Assembly: GCA_963667175.2 (NCBI GenBank)
Contig: CAXXXF010000015.1
Coordinates: forward strand, 352,001-416,000
Origin: Candidatus Latescibacterota bacterium
GTDB lineage: Bacteria; Latescibacterota; UBA2968; GCA-2709665
DNA length: 64,000 bases
Direction: 5' to 3'
Within the stretch, counting starts at the first letter, position 1; each line of letters opens with the position of its first letter. The notes under the pieces were generated by a model. The model saw only the letters and a list, made by a program, of their open reading frames with translations, searched no databases and was not told the origin of the DNA. The position numbers and the translations under genes are program-made. Positions 8,198 to 16,972 of the stretch are shown here, in pieces.

Positions 8198-10813
8198 ATG
8201 AGAAATCTTTGCGGATCGTTGCTCCTGCTGTTGACCTTCGTTCAGCCGCTGCCGGCGCAGCGGATCGGCGAACCCCAACCGGTCAGGCTTCTGGGCGCGT
8301 CAACGCCGCTGACCCTCGAGTTTAGCGACCGGGACTATCTGCTGGTCCTCTATTCGCTGAATACGGACGTCCCGCCCGATCTCAAGGACAGTCCCGAGTA
8401 CGGGTTCTCGGTCTTCAGCGTATCCCCCGGCGCCGGTTCCGTCCGCTTTCCCGAACCCGGCGGGACCCCGATCGCCCGATCCGGCGGCGGTCCGCAAGCG
8501 CAGCTTCGAAGGCGGGAACAGGAGCTCGCCCGCCGGGTGCGACAAACCGGCGGATACCGCCCCCCCGCGAATAGAGTCGCGCCGCACCAGGCCAGCGTCC
8601 GCCGGTTCGTGTTTCCGGGGCTCGGCAACGTGCCGGACACGTCCGTTACGGCGGCGCTCTTCGCGGGCAGCTTCCGGGCGAATGCCTACGTGGACGTGGC
8701 CGACACCGGCCGCGTCAGCAAAACGCGGATCCAGGCGGATACCGACCTGTTCAGCTTCAGGGTCCATCCGGTTGTCACGTCCGCGCTCGCGCGCGATCCG
8801 CGCGCGGGGGACGTCGGGAACGTTACCCTGCTCTACACGCGCCTGGTTGACGAAGTCGGCGACGACACCACAGTGGTACGCGGATTCTTCAACGCCGCGT
8901 CGGTCCTCCCTGAGAACCAGGGCGGCAACGGCGACCAGGTCAACCTGCTGTTTATCAATCCGTTCAACGATCCGGATGCGACCGGCGCCGTGCTTGCCCA
9001 TGAATTTCAACACCTCTTCAGCTTCCACCAGCACGTGCTGATTCGCAACGGCCCGCCGGAGGAAGGCTGGCTCAACGAAGGGCTGTCGCACGTCTGTGAA
9101 GACCTGGTCGGCGGACACGCGGTACACAATCGACAGAATATGCGACGTTTCCTTGCCAACCCGCGTCATACGCCGTTGCGAGGATCGGTCGACAATCCGG
9201 GCGTCAGCGGCGCGGCCTATCTGTTTGTCAGGAGCCTCATCGAAGACTTTGGCATGGGAATCCTCCCGCGCCTGGTTCAGACGAACAACGTCGGACTCCG
9301 CAACGTCAGAGAAGCCGCGGGAGACCGCGTCACCTCCATTTACGAGAGATTTCTGTCGCGGCTGGTTCTGAGCGGGTCGGGCATCGACACCGCGCTCGAC
9401 TACACCACGCCCTTCCTGGCGGACACGACCAGCGGCGCCCGCCGCTTCCCCCATCCGGAAGAACTCCTCGTCTCCCCCGAGACCTCCCCCGCAATCGGAA
9501 GCGTACAGCCCCTGTCCGCAGCCTTCATGCGCCTGTCGTACGAGGGGAACCCCACCCTGTGGATTCAGACCGACGTCGAGGGTTCTCCCGGCGTGTTCCT
9601 GATCCCTGTTCCGCGTCGCGGCCGGACCGATGTCACGATTCCCGCCGATTTCTTCACGGAACTCACGCTGGATGCGCCGGTTGCCGGGCCCTTTGTGTCC
9701 TATCAACCGATTCGGATCTCCGGCGCCGTCTCCAATCCTTCCGTAACCGAGATCGAGTTCGTGCTCCTGCTCGAGGATTACAGCGTGAAAAACCGGTACG
9801 TCGTGCCGGTCCGCGGCGGCAGATTCACCCATACGTTCTTCTTCTCGCACGAACAGGCGGGCGAGTACCGGCTGGAGGTCCGAACGAGACGGACCGACCG
9901 GCAGGACAGCGCCACGGCGGGCACGTTCAACGCCTTCACCGTCGAGGAAGGGCCGGCAACCGCTCCGATTCCCGCCGGTTATTTTGCCGACGTCGTCTTC
10001 TCCTCGCCAATTCCCGTCGAGGCGCGCTCCGGAGAGGCGATCCGGCTGTCCGGCGTGGTGTCCGATTCGTCCATGACCGCCATCAAGTTCAGTTTCCGGC
10101 ATGAGGATATCGACAGATCGGCGCATTTCAATGCGCCGGTGATGAACGGTCAGTTCAGGAAAACGATCCTATTCACCCACGGACGGACCGGCGTGTACCA
10201 GTTCGCGATCAACCGGCAGCGGGGAGACACGAGCCATGCCTATCCACAGGATGCGTTCAGCCCCTTTGTGGTCCGGAAAGGAGAAGGGACGGTCCTCATT
10301 CCCGTGGATTTCTTCGAGGAAGTCCGGCTTCTCGCGCCGATGCCCGTCGAATACCGGATCGGCCGTCCGGTGCGGGTTGAGGGCAATGTTTCCGATCCCG
10401 CGGTATCCCAGATCGAGTTCGGATTCTTCACCGTCAGCGGGGACGCGGAAACGCCGTCCGCGACGGCCGACGCGCGTTTTGTCGCGCCGGTCGTCGACGG
10501 CCGGTTCAGCACGGAGCTCGCCTTTTCGCGCGAACAGCAGGTTTCGGATGACTATACGCTGGACGTCTGGCTGTGGAGAAGCGGCGAACGTTCCCGGGGG
10601 TTCCGGAGATTCTCGCCGATTTCCGTCGGGGCGTCGCCGTCTCCCGATTTCGACGGCGACGGCACGGTGGGGTTCGCGGATTTCATCGCGTTTGCGGGGG
10701 CGTTCGGTACTTCGGCGACCGGCGCGGACTTCGATGCCCGGTTTGACCTGGACGGGGACGGGACCGTTGGATTCGGGGACTTTGTGATTTTTGCCAGGGC
10801 ATTCGGACTGTAA
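8198..10813 (+). CDS. Secreted gluzincin metallopeptidase (M30-like) with three Ig-like repeats and a C-terminal paired EF-hand/dockerin-like domain
   Basis: Signal peptide; LAHEFQH...WLNEGLS; repeats starting IPADFF/IPAGYF/IPVDFF; DFDGDGTVGFADF and DLDGDGTVGFGDF. Confidence 0.8.
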   Translation: MRNLCGSLLLLLTFVQPLPAQRIGEPQPVRLLGASTPLTLEFSDRDYLLVLYSLNTDVPPDLKDSPEYGFSVFSVSPGAGSVRFPEPGGTPIARSGGGPQAQLRRREQELARRVRQTGGYRPPANRVAPHQASVRRFVFPGLGNVPDTSVTAALFAGSFRANAYVDVADTGRVSKTRIQADTDLFSFRVHPVVTSALARDPRAGDVGNVTLLYTRLVDEVGDDTTVVRGFFNAASVLPENQGGNGDQVNLLFINPFNDPDATGAVLAHEFQHLFSFHQHVLIRNGPPEEGWLNEGLSHVCEDLVGGHAVHNRQNMRRFLANPRHTPLRGSVDNPGVSGAAYLFVRSLIEDFGMGILPRLVQTNNVGLRNVREAAGDRVTSIYERFLSRLVLSGSGIDTALDYTTPFLADTTSGARRFPHPEELLVSPETSPAIGSVQPLSAAFMRLSYEGNPTLWIQTDVEGSPGVFLIPVPRRGRTDVTIPADFFTELTLDAPVAGPFVSYQPIRISGAVSNPSVTEIEFVLLLEDYSVKNRYVVPVRGGRFTHTFFFSHEQAGEYRLEVRTRRTDRQDSATAGTFNAFTVEEGPATAPIPAGYFADVVFSSPIPVEARSGEAIRLSGVVSDSSMTAIKFSFRHEDIDRSAHFNAPVMNGQFRKTILFTHGRTGVYQFAINRQRGDTSHAYPQDAFSPFVVRKGEGTVLIPVDFFEEVRLLAPMPVEYRIGRPVRVEGNVSDPAVSQIEFGFFTVSGDAETPSATADARFVAPVVDGRFSTELAFSREQQVSDDYTLDVWLWRSGERSRGFRRFSPISVGASPSPDFDGDGTVGFADFIAFAGAFGTSATGADFDARFDLDGDGTVGFGDFVIFARAFGL

Positions 10814-10866
10814 CGAGAGTCGGGGGCCTGCCTGCCGGCAGGCAGGCCGGGAGGAGAGGGCGCTGC

Positions 10867-11634
10867 TTACCTCCCGCAACGGAGCATGGCGTCCGCGTTG
10901 CGCCAGGCGATGGCTTCCCGGACGTCCGCGGGCGCGTCGAGGATCCGCAGCTTCAGCAACGCGGGGGCCGGTGTGTTGAACGGCATGCCGGAGCCGAAGG
11001 CCAGGCGCTCGGCGCCCCACGCCTGGATGAGGCCCTGAATGCTGCGCTCCAGGACCGCCGTCAGGCGGGAGACGTCCATCAGGAACCGGATGCCCGGGGG
11101 CAGCGCGCGCCCGGCGAAGCCGACGCCGTTCAGGATCATCCATCGAACGTGCGGCCGCAAATGAATAAGCCGGCAAATCGTCGCCGGCTTCAGGTCATCC
11201 GCCATATCCCAGGGATGCCGTTGTCGCCGGTCCACAATGCGCATGGGCGCCTGCACGGGCCACCCCGCCTCCGAAACCGCGTCCAGCAATTCAAGGGCCG
11301 CGTCCGACTCCGGATCGTACCCGTGGTATTGCGGGACCAGTCGAATCCCACACAGCTCCAGGTCCTCGACGCAACGGCGCAGGTCCTCCTTCCAGCCCGC
11401 GCAGGTCGGATTCAACGTGGCGAACGGAATCAGGCGGTCGCGGCGCCGCAGCACCTGGCCGGCCAGCTCCTCGTTCGCCGAATGGGCGTCCCTGTAGAAG
11501 ACTCCGTGGATTGACGCCACCACCGCCCGGTCGATGCCGTTGCGGTCCATCAGCCTCAGGAGCCCCTGGACCGTATTGTGGCGCAGCCGCCGGAACGGCC
11601 AGTGTCCCACCCACGCGTTGACGTCAATGATCAT
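10867..11634 (-). CDS. Amidohydrolase family protein (Amidohydro_2-like)
   Basis: MIIDVNAWVGHWPF, MDRNGIDRAVV, GIRLVPQYHGY and RLAFGSGMPF; several metal ligands look degenerate. Confidence 0.75.
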   Translation of the reverse strand: MIIDVNAWVGHWPFRRLRHNTVQGLLRLMDRNGIDRAVVASIHGVFYRDAHSANEELAGQVLRRRDRLIPFATLNPTCAGWKEDLRRCVEDLELCGIRLVPQYHGYDPESDAALELLDAVSEAGWPVQAPMRIVDRRQRHPWDMADDLKPATICRLIHLRPHVRWMILNGVGFAGRALPPGIRFLMDVSRLTAVLERSIQGLIQAWGAERLAFGSGMPFNTPAPALLKLRILDAPADVREAIAWRNADAMLRCGR

Positions 11635-11673
11635 CTCCGTTCCCCGTTCCAGTGGCGCCGCCGAACCGAAAAT

Positions 11674-12324
11674 CTAAAGATCGAAGAGTTTGCGAAACCA
11701 GCTTATGAATGACTGAGTTGCGGGTAACGTCGCGTCTAACGCCCTACTCTCAAGCGCTCTGCCAGGGTTTTGGACGGGCGGATCCTGCCAACTAAGCCAT
11801 GTATACAACTTTGCCTTATTCGTATGGGCATTGCGATATGGCGCGTCCCAGTTTCTTCTTGCCGTTTCTGTACAACCTTCTGCGTAGTTCCACAGGGGTT
11901 GATCAGGCACGAGATCCCGCAAGAAAGTCTCCAGATCACCATTGGACCGATTGTCGGGCATAATCCAGATGCCGAGACGTTTCTGCGACCGGTTGCTTAC
12001 GATCAAACCGTCCGGCGGCAACGTATTCGGCATAGCAGGGAAGGATGCGCCGCAAAGATTATACAGGCTCTGGTAACGGCTTCCGGCGCCTTTGTCATTC
12101 GCATCAATCATTATCCCGAGAGTCCTGATCGTGGACGATTTCAAGAGCACGCCCATGTAATCCTTACTCAGAATCTCGTTAACGCTTCTACCGATATCAA
12201 TGTATACGGGGTACTCGGACTCGCTGGCGTCAGGCCATTTAATCTGGGTGCGCAGAATCTCACGGACAGAATAGAGATCATCATATCCCTCGACAACGAG
12301 CCGCTTTGCCTTGCCGTCACCCAT
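11674..12324 (-). CDS. DUF3226-like TOPRIM-fold protein
   Basis: LVVEGYDD, GIMIDAN, GIWIMPDNRSNGDLETFL and KAKLYTWLSWQDPP; coupled to the upstream ATPase; AT-richer DNA. Confidence 0.8.
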   Translation of the reverse strand: MGDGKAKRLVVEGYDDLYSVREILRTQIKWPDASESEYPVYIDIGRSVNEILSKDYMGVLLKSSTIRTLGIMIDANDKGAGSRYQSLYNLCGASFPAMPNTLPPDGLIVSNRSQKRLGIWIMPDNRSNGDLETFLRDLVPDQPLWNYAEGCTETARRNWDAPYRNAHTNKAKLYTWLSWQDPPVQNPGRALESRALDATLPATQSFISWFRKLFDL

Positions 12325-13448
12325 CAGCGAATCTCCACGAAGTGCTGAATCGCTTTCTTTATTTCCTCCTCGGTGTATGAAACCGCACGATTCTTGTCGC
12401 GCTCTATGCGTTGTACGGATATGGCAGGCCCAGGATATTCGTCACGCGAAGACGCACTGGCGTTTGAGGCCAAACTGTTCAGGCAGTCGTAATTGTGCGT
12501 CGTCGCGAACACCTGAACTTCGAAGATTCGCGCAGTCTTAACGATCAGTTTCCACATGTCCGACATTGCGGAGAAGTGAAGGCCCGTGTCGATTTCATCG
12601 ACCAGCAGTACTCCCCCGCGACATTGCGTAATCGCGATGGCAAGGGAGAATAAGCGCCAAATGCCGTCACCCATACTCCCTATCGGTACAGGATTCTCGA
12701 AGCGGCTGTGTTTGACGATAAATCCGGTCCGGCCAGCGCTCCCGGCCCAATCGCGTCGATACGGGGTACTGAGCGCAACAATTCGTTCGATGCCCGGGTC
12801 GATACACGCCAATGCGGTGAGCACGAGTTCTTCATCAGCCGTAAGGGCGATCACGTTCCACATTTCGACAAGCTCTTCCGCATCCATCGCATCCGTGGTA
12901 ATGTAACGTACACGCGATACGTGGTCACGCGCGCCGCCCCTGCGCAATCGCCGCGGCGTATCCAGTGATTCTGCAGACAGGGCGCCGGTAGAGCTCAGCG
13001 GGATCAAGTCCGCTATCGGCGAAGGGGCGCCCTTCAAGCGAAGGCCCAATTGTGGGATGTTCTCTCCGGGCGAGCTGAACAGGTCTGACTCCTTATCCGT
13101 TAAATCCGCCACTTCGACTTTCAAATGTTGTCGTGGCGTCTGATTCATCGCTGACAATGTAAATGCCGTCTCAACGTGAAGTTGGTGGCCCGTAAACAGG
13201 TGTGACGTATCCACTTCGGGATAGACCCGCCCTGACGGCCGGGTTCTTTCAATTCCATTCTCACCCCTGCGCCAGAGTATCTGCCACAGCGCCCGGGGAT
13301 CGGCCCTGCTGGTCAGCAGGTGGAGCGCCTCCAACAAAGACGTCTTTCCACTATTGTTCGCCCCGACCAGAAGATTGACAGGCGCCAGTTCGTCCATGTC
13401 GAAACGCTCAAAGCCTCTGAACCCTTCAATGTGGATAGAGGAAATCAC
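12324..13448 (-). CDS. ABC-type ATPase (AAA_15/AAA_21 family)
   Basis: GANNSGKT, SMGDG signature, VLLVDEIDTGLH and VFATTHN; AGGAG RBS before GTG. Confidence 0.85.
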   Translation of the reverse strand: MISSIHIEGFRGFERFDMDELAPVNLLVGANNSGKTSLLEALHLLTSRADPRALWQILWRRGENGIERTRPSGRVYPEVDTSHLFTGHQLHVETAFTLSAMNQTPRQHLKVEVADLTDKESDLFSSPGENIPQLGLRLKGAPSPIADLIPLSSTGALSAESLDTPRRLRRGGARDHVSRVRYITTDAMDAEELVEMWNVIALTADEELVLTALACIDPGIERIVALSTPYRRDWAGSAGRTGFIVKHSRFENPVPIGSMGDGIWRLFSLAIAITQCRGGVLLVDEIDTGLHFSAMSDMWKLIVKTARIFEVQVFATTHNYDCLNSLASNASASSRDEYPGPAISVQRIERDKNRAVSYTEEEIKKAIQHFVEIR

Positions 13449-13652
13449 CACGAGACTCCTGACAGCGGCTATTCTTCGCAACGTTAAACGGCGTAGACGG
13501 TATGATCACGATTCAAGCGGTTTGTTTTTGCAGACATCCGTTACGCACACACGCGGACACTGACTCAATGGAATGGGAAAGAATATAGCATAGAAATTCG
13601 TCGGCACAAACCTGAATCCACCGCGAAACTCCTTCACGTATGGCCCGTCGTC

Positions 13653-14675
13653 CTACCCGTACAGCTGCCGCACGAATTCCTGGTACCCGTTATACAGTAG
13701 CGTGGGCCGAATGAGCGGCTTCGACGCGTCGGTTGTGATGAACCGTTCCGTGGCCTGCGACCAGCGCGGATGCGGAACCTGCGGCTCCACGTTGGCCAGG
13801 AATCCGTATTCCGTGGGCGCGAGCTCGTTCCAGAACGTGGCCGGCTGCTCAGCCACGAACTCGATGGATACGATCGATTTCGCGCTCTTGAACCCGTACT
13901 TCCACGGGACAACGAGCCGTATGGGCGCGCCGTGCTGCTTCGGCAGTTCGTGGCCGTAGACGCCCGTGGCGACGAACGTGAGTTCGTTCATCGCTTCATC
14001 GATCCTGAGCCCCTCCTGGTAGGGCCACGGCCACTGCGGGTTGTCGAACTGACCGGGCGCCTGGTCCGGGTTGATGAACGTGTTGAACCTGACGTGGGTG
14101 GCGCCGGACTGCGGCGCCACGGCGTCGATCAACGCGCTCATCGGGAATCCCGTCCACGGGATGGCCATGGACCACGCCTCGACGCAGCGCAGGCGGTAGA
14201 GCCGCTCTTCGAGCGGGAACCTGCGGTGCAGCCCGTCGTAATCCAGCGTGAGCGGATTGCGGACCAACCCCTTGACCTCCAGCGTCCAGGGATTGATTAC
14301 GAACTTTTCGGCCTTCTCCAGGACCGCGGTCTTGCCCCGGCTGAACTCGTAAAAGTTGTTGTAGCCCCCGGCGATCTCCTCATTCGTCAGGTCGCGGTCC
14401 AGTTCCGAGAATTTCGGATTCGTCTGCGCCGGGTACGCCGGCTTGACCTCTTCTTCCTTCTCTTCCTCCTCTTCCCTGTCCTCATCCTCGGCGGCGGCGG
14501 GGGGTTCCGGCTCGAACGGCTCGAACACCCGCTCGCTCCCGCACCCTGCCAGCATGCCCGCCGCGCCCACCGCGCCGGCCGTCTTCAGGAACTTCCGCCG
14601 GTTGAGGTACACGTCTTCCGACGTGGCCTCGCTCTCGGGCATTTCCCATCCCTTTGGAATGACGATATTCGGCAT
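13653..14675 (-). CDS. msrP: Protein-methionine-sulfoxide reductase catalytic subunit MsrP
   Basis: Tat motif NRRKFLK; YNNFYEF, RLRCVEAWSMAIPW, GAPIRLVVPWKYGFKSAKSI and HPRWSQA. Confidence 0.93.
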   Translation of the reverse strand: MPNIVIPKGWEMPESEATSEDVYLNRRKFLKTAGAVGAAGMLAGCGSERVFEPFEPEPPAAAEDEDREEEEEKEEEVKPAYPAQTNPKFSELDRDLTNEEIAGGYNNFYEFSRGKTAVLEKAEKFVINPWTLEVKGLVRNPLTLDYDGLHRRFPLEERLYRLRCVEAWSMAIPWTGFPMSALIDAVAPQSGATHVRFNTFINPDQAPGQFDNPQWPWPYQEGLRIDEAMNELTFVATGVYGHELPKQHGAPIRLVVPWKYGFKSAKSIVSIEFVAEQPATFWNELAPTEYGFLANVEPQVPHPRWSQATERFITTDASKPLIRPTLLYNGYQEFVRQLYG

Positions 14676-14705
14676 GAAATTTCACCTCAGCTGTGACTGC
14701 CCTCT

Positions 14706-15533
14706 TCAACGTTTCAGGGCGACGCCGACGAAGAAGGTATTCCCCGCCGTGGTGTTGCATCCCGATGCGATATGGATCAGGTCCGCACTCAGTTCCACCC
14801 TCGCGGTCAATTTGTAGATGATTCCCGGGGAGATCTTCAATATGTTCTGATCGCCGATGAGACCCACGTCATCCCCCGGATCGCAGTTTCCGAACGTGCG
14901 GATCCCGGAAATGAATCCCTTGATCAGAATCCGATCGTAGGTCATCCCCGCTTCCAGCGTGTAGAACCATTCGTTGCTGAACGTCCCCCCGCGCAGCCGA
15001 TACCCCGCCTCTCCCGTGACGTACCCCGGCAGCGGGTACAGGGACTTCCCCAACAGCAGGCGCGCGTCTCCGTCGATCTTCTTCGTGCTCAACGGCACGC
15101 GGGTGCTCTCATCGTCTTCGTACCACGTCGGGATCTTCCCGCCCGCGGCCACGGAGGCCACCAAGTTCCCGTTCCACAGGAGGAGGCGCATCCGCACCTC
15201 CACGTCCCCGAACCCCCACCGCCGCTCCAGCGCCGTACCGCTCTGAAAGGTTCGGGTATCCTTCATGTTCTTGTAAGGCGCCGTCGCCACGAGCGTGAGG
15301 TCGTCCGAAATTCCGTACTCCAGATAGGCCGTCCAATTGACGTCCCGCAACTTCCCCTCGCCGTCCTTGTCCACCTTATTACCCGACGCGTCCATGTCCT
15401 TTGTGGAATTCAGATAGCCGCCCGACAGCTTCGCGTAGTAGCCGCCCTTCTGCTGCGTCCACGCCCCCGCAAAGGCCTGTGAGACCAGGAGCAGCGACGT
15501 CACGGCCGTAACGTATGGGATTCGTCCGCTCAT
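14706..15533 (-). CDS. Exported protein, probable outer-membrane beta-barrel
   Basis: Signal peptide then AWTQQKGGYY; YLEYGISDDLT, GFGDVE and alternating beta-strand pattern. Confidence 0.65.
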   Translation of the reverse strand: MSGRIPYVTAVTSLLLVSQAFAGAWTQQKGGYYAKLSGGYLNSTKDMDASGNKVDKDGEGKLRDVNWTAYLEYGISDDLTLVATAPYKNMKDTRTFQSGTALERRWGFGDVEVRMRLLLWNGNLVASVAAGGKIPTWYEDDESTRVPLSTKKIDGDARLLLGKSLYPLPGYVTGEAGYRLRGGTFSNEWFYTLEAGMTYDRILIKGFISGIRTFGNCDPGDDVGLIGDQNILKISPGIIYKLTARVELSADLIHIASGCNTTAGNTFFVGVALKR

Positions 15534-15742
15534 TTCCTTCTCCCTCCTCGCCCCGTCCCTCGCTGATTATCCGGGATCCGCGACCGGTACCTCTCTTTAA
15601 CGAACGTGCGGGCGTTCCGTTCCGATGTACGGGTCGCGTTCTCCCTGGTGTTTCGCGCTCTTGCCTCGAATCGGCGACCCAAGAACAAAACCGGGGCGGC
15701 GGCGGTCCCGGTTTTGGCGGCTACGTTGGAAAGCGACTCCAT

Positions 15743-15997
15743 TCAATCCTGATTTCCGTTGTTGAGGAACGGCGGATCTTCTCTGAATCCCTGATTGCCC
15801 TTTGCTTTCTCTTCCGAAAGCCACTTCCTGAACAACGCGTCCCGTTCCCTCCGTCCTTCTTCCCGTCCCCGCTCCAGACCTCTTTGCAGGTTCCACCGCT
15901 TAACGGCTTCGTGAATGGCGCCCATAATGTCCATGACCTCCAGAATGACGAATGAAGACGTGACCGTGAAAATCCCAAGCGCCCCCACGTCCGCCAC
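15743..15997 (-). CDS. Small membrane-anchored hypothetical protein, possibly 5'-truncated by a repeat
   Basis: Hydrophobic N-terminus followed by GLERGREEGRRE; begins right after a repeat element. Confidence 0.45.
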   Translation of the reverse strand: MADVGALGIFTVTSSFVILEVMDIMGAIHEAVKRWNLQRGLERGREEGRRERDALFRKWLSEEKAKGNQGFREDPPFLNNGNQD

Positions 15998-16045
15998 AAT
16001 GGTAAGGAAGAAGGAAGAAGGAAAACCGGTTGGTGCTCGTGCGGT

Positions 16046-16645
16046 TTATCCATCGTGTCCTGACAGGGCGCCTGACGGCAGACACTGAGAAGCTACCTGA
16101 AATACCTCGTCGATGTTCAACTTAAATCCCTGCAAAGTAGCCGAAGTCAACGTCTCTCCTTTACCGTAGACGTCCGCAACCACCAATCCTCTTTTCCCAG
16201 GCAGCAGGACTGTGATTGTTTTTTCTTCAGTGTCCACCATCCAGTACTCTCCCACGCCGTGCCTGGCATACAGTACCCGCTTGAATGTCCTGTCGCGTGT
16301 GGCCGTGGACGCAGAGAGGATTTCGACGATCAGATCCGGCGCTCCCTGCACGTTTTCGGGGGTGATGATACTGCCGCGTTCGTTGGAGACAAAAAGCAAA
16401 TCGGGTTGCACCACGTCCAGATCCGACAACACCACGTCGAAGGGAGCGTGATAGACACGACCCAGGTTGTTCTCAGACGCAAACTGAAACAGTTTAGAAC
16501 CCAGCAGGATGGAAACGCTCTGGTGAAGTTCTCCAGGCGCAGGCGTCATGGCCAACTCTCCGTCAAGCAGTTCATACCGCGTGTCTTCCGGTGTGTTCAG
16601 GTAGTCTTCGTAGGTAAACTTCACCGTTGGATCCGGGATCGCCAT
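16046..16645 (-). CDS. Uma2 family (DUF820) PD-(D/E)XK endonuclease
   Basis: FTYEDY...RYELLDGEL, VVQPDLLFV, GAPDLIVEILS and GVGEYWMVD. Confidence 0.9.
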   Translation of the reverse strand: MAIPDPTVKFTYEDYLNTPEDTRYELLDGELAMTPAPGELHQSVSILLGSKLFQFASENNLGRVYHAPFDVVLSDLDVVQPDLLFVSNERGSIITPENVQGAPDLIVEILSASTATRDRTFKRVLYARHGVGEYWMVDTEEKTITVLLPGKRGLVVADVYGKGETLTSATLQGFKLNIDEVFQVASQCLPSGALSGHDG

Positions 16646-16972
16646 GGTTGCCGCCCTCTCTCCGGAGACGGTTTTCGTGCGTGACACTGGAATCAGCAAT
16701 GCGGGACCTCACGTGGTCCGCACAGGTTCCCTGCCGGCTATGGAGCCGCAACCGCGGCAACCGACGCCGGCTAACGCGTCCTCCTCTTGCCGATGACTCT
16801 ATACAAAATATCCATCGCATTGCATTTCGTCAAGCCTGAACCGTCGAAGAAGGAAGAAGGAAGAACCTGAAAGCGGTAAGACGTTAGATGACGTCCTTGC
16901 CCGATCGATTCTTCCCTTATGCCTGCGGCAAGAGATGATACCGAACAGGCACTCATTTCTTCTCCCGTCTCA

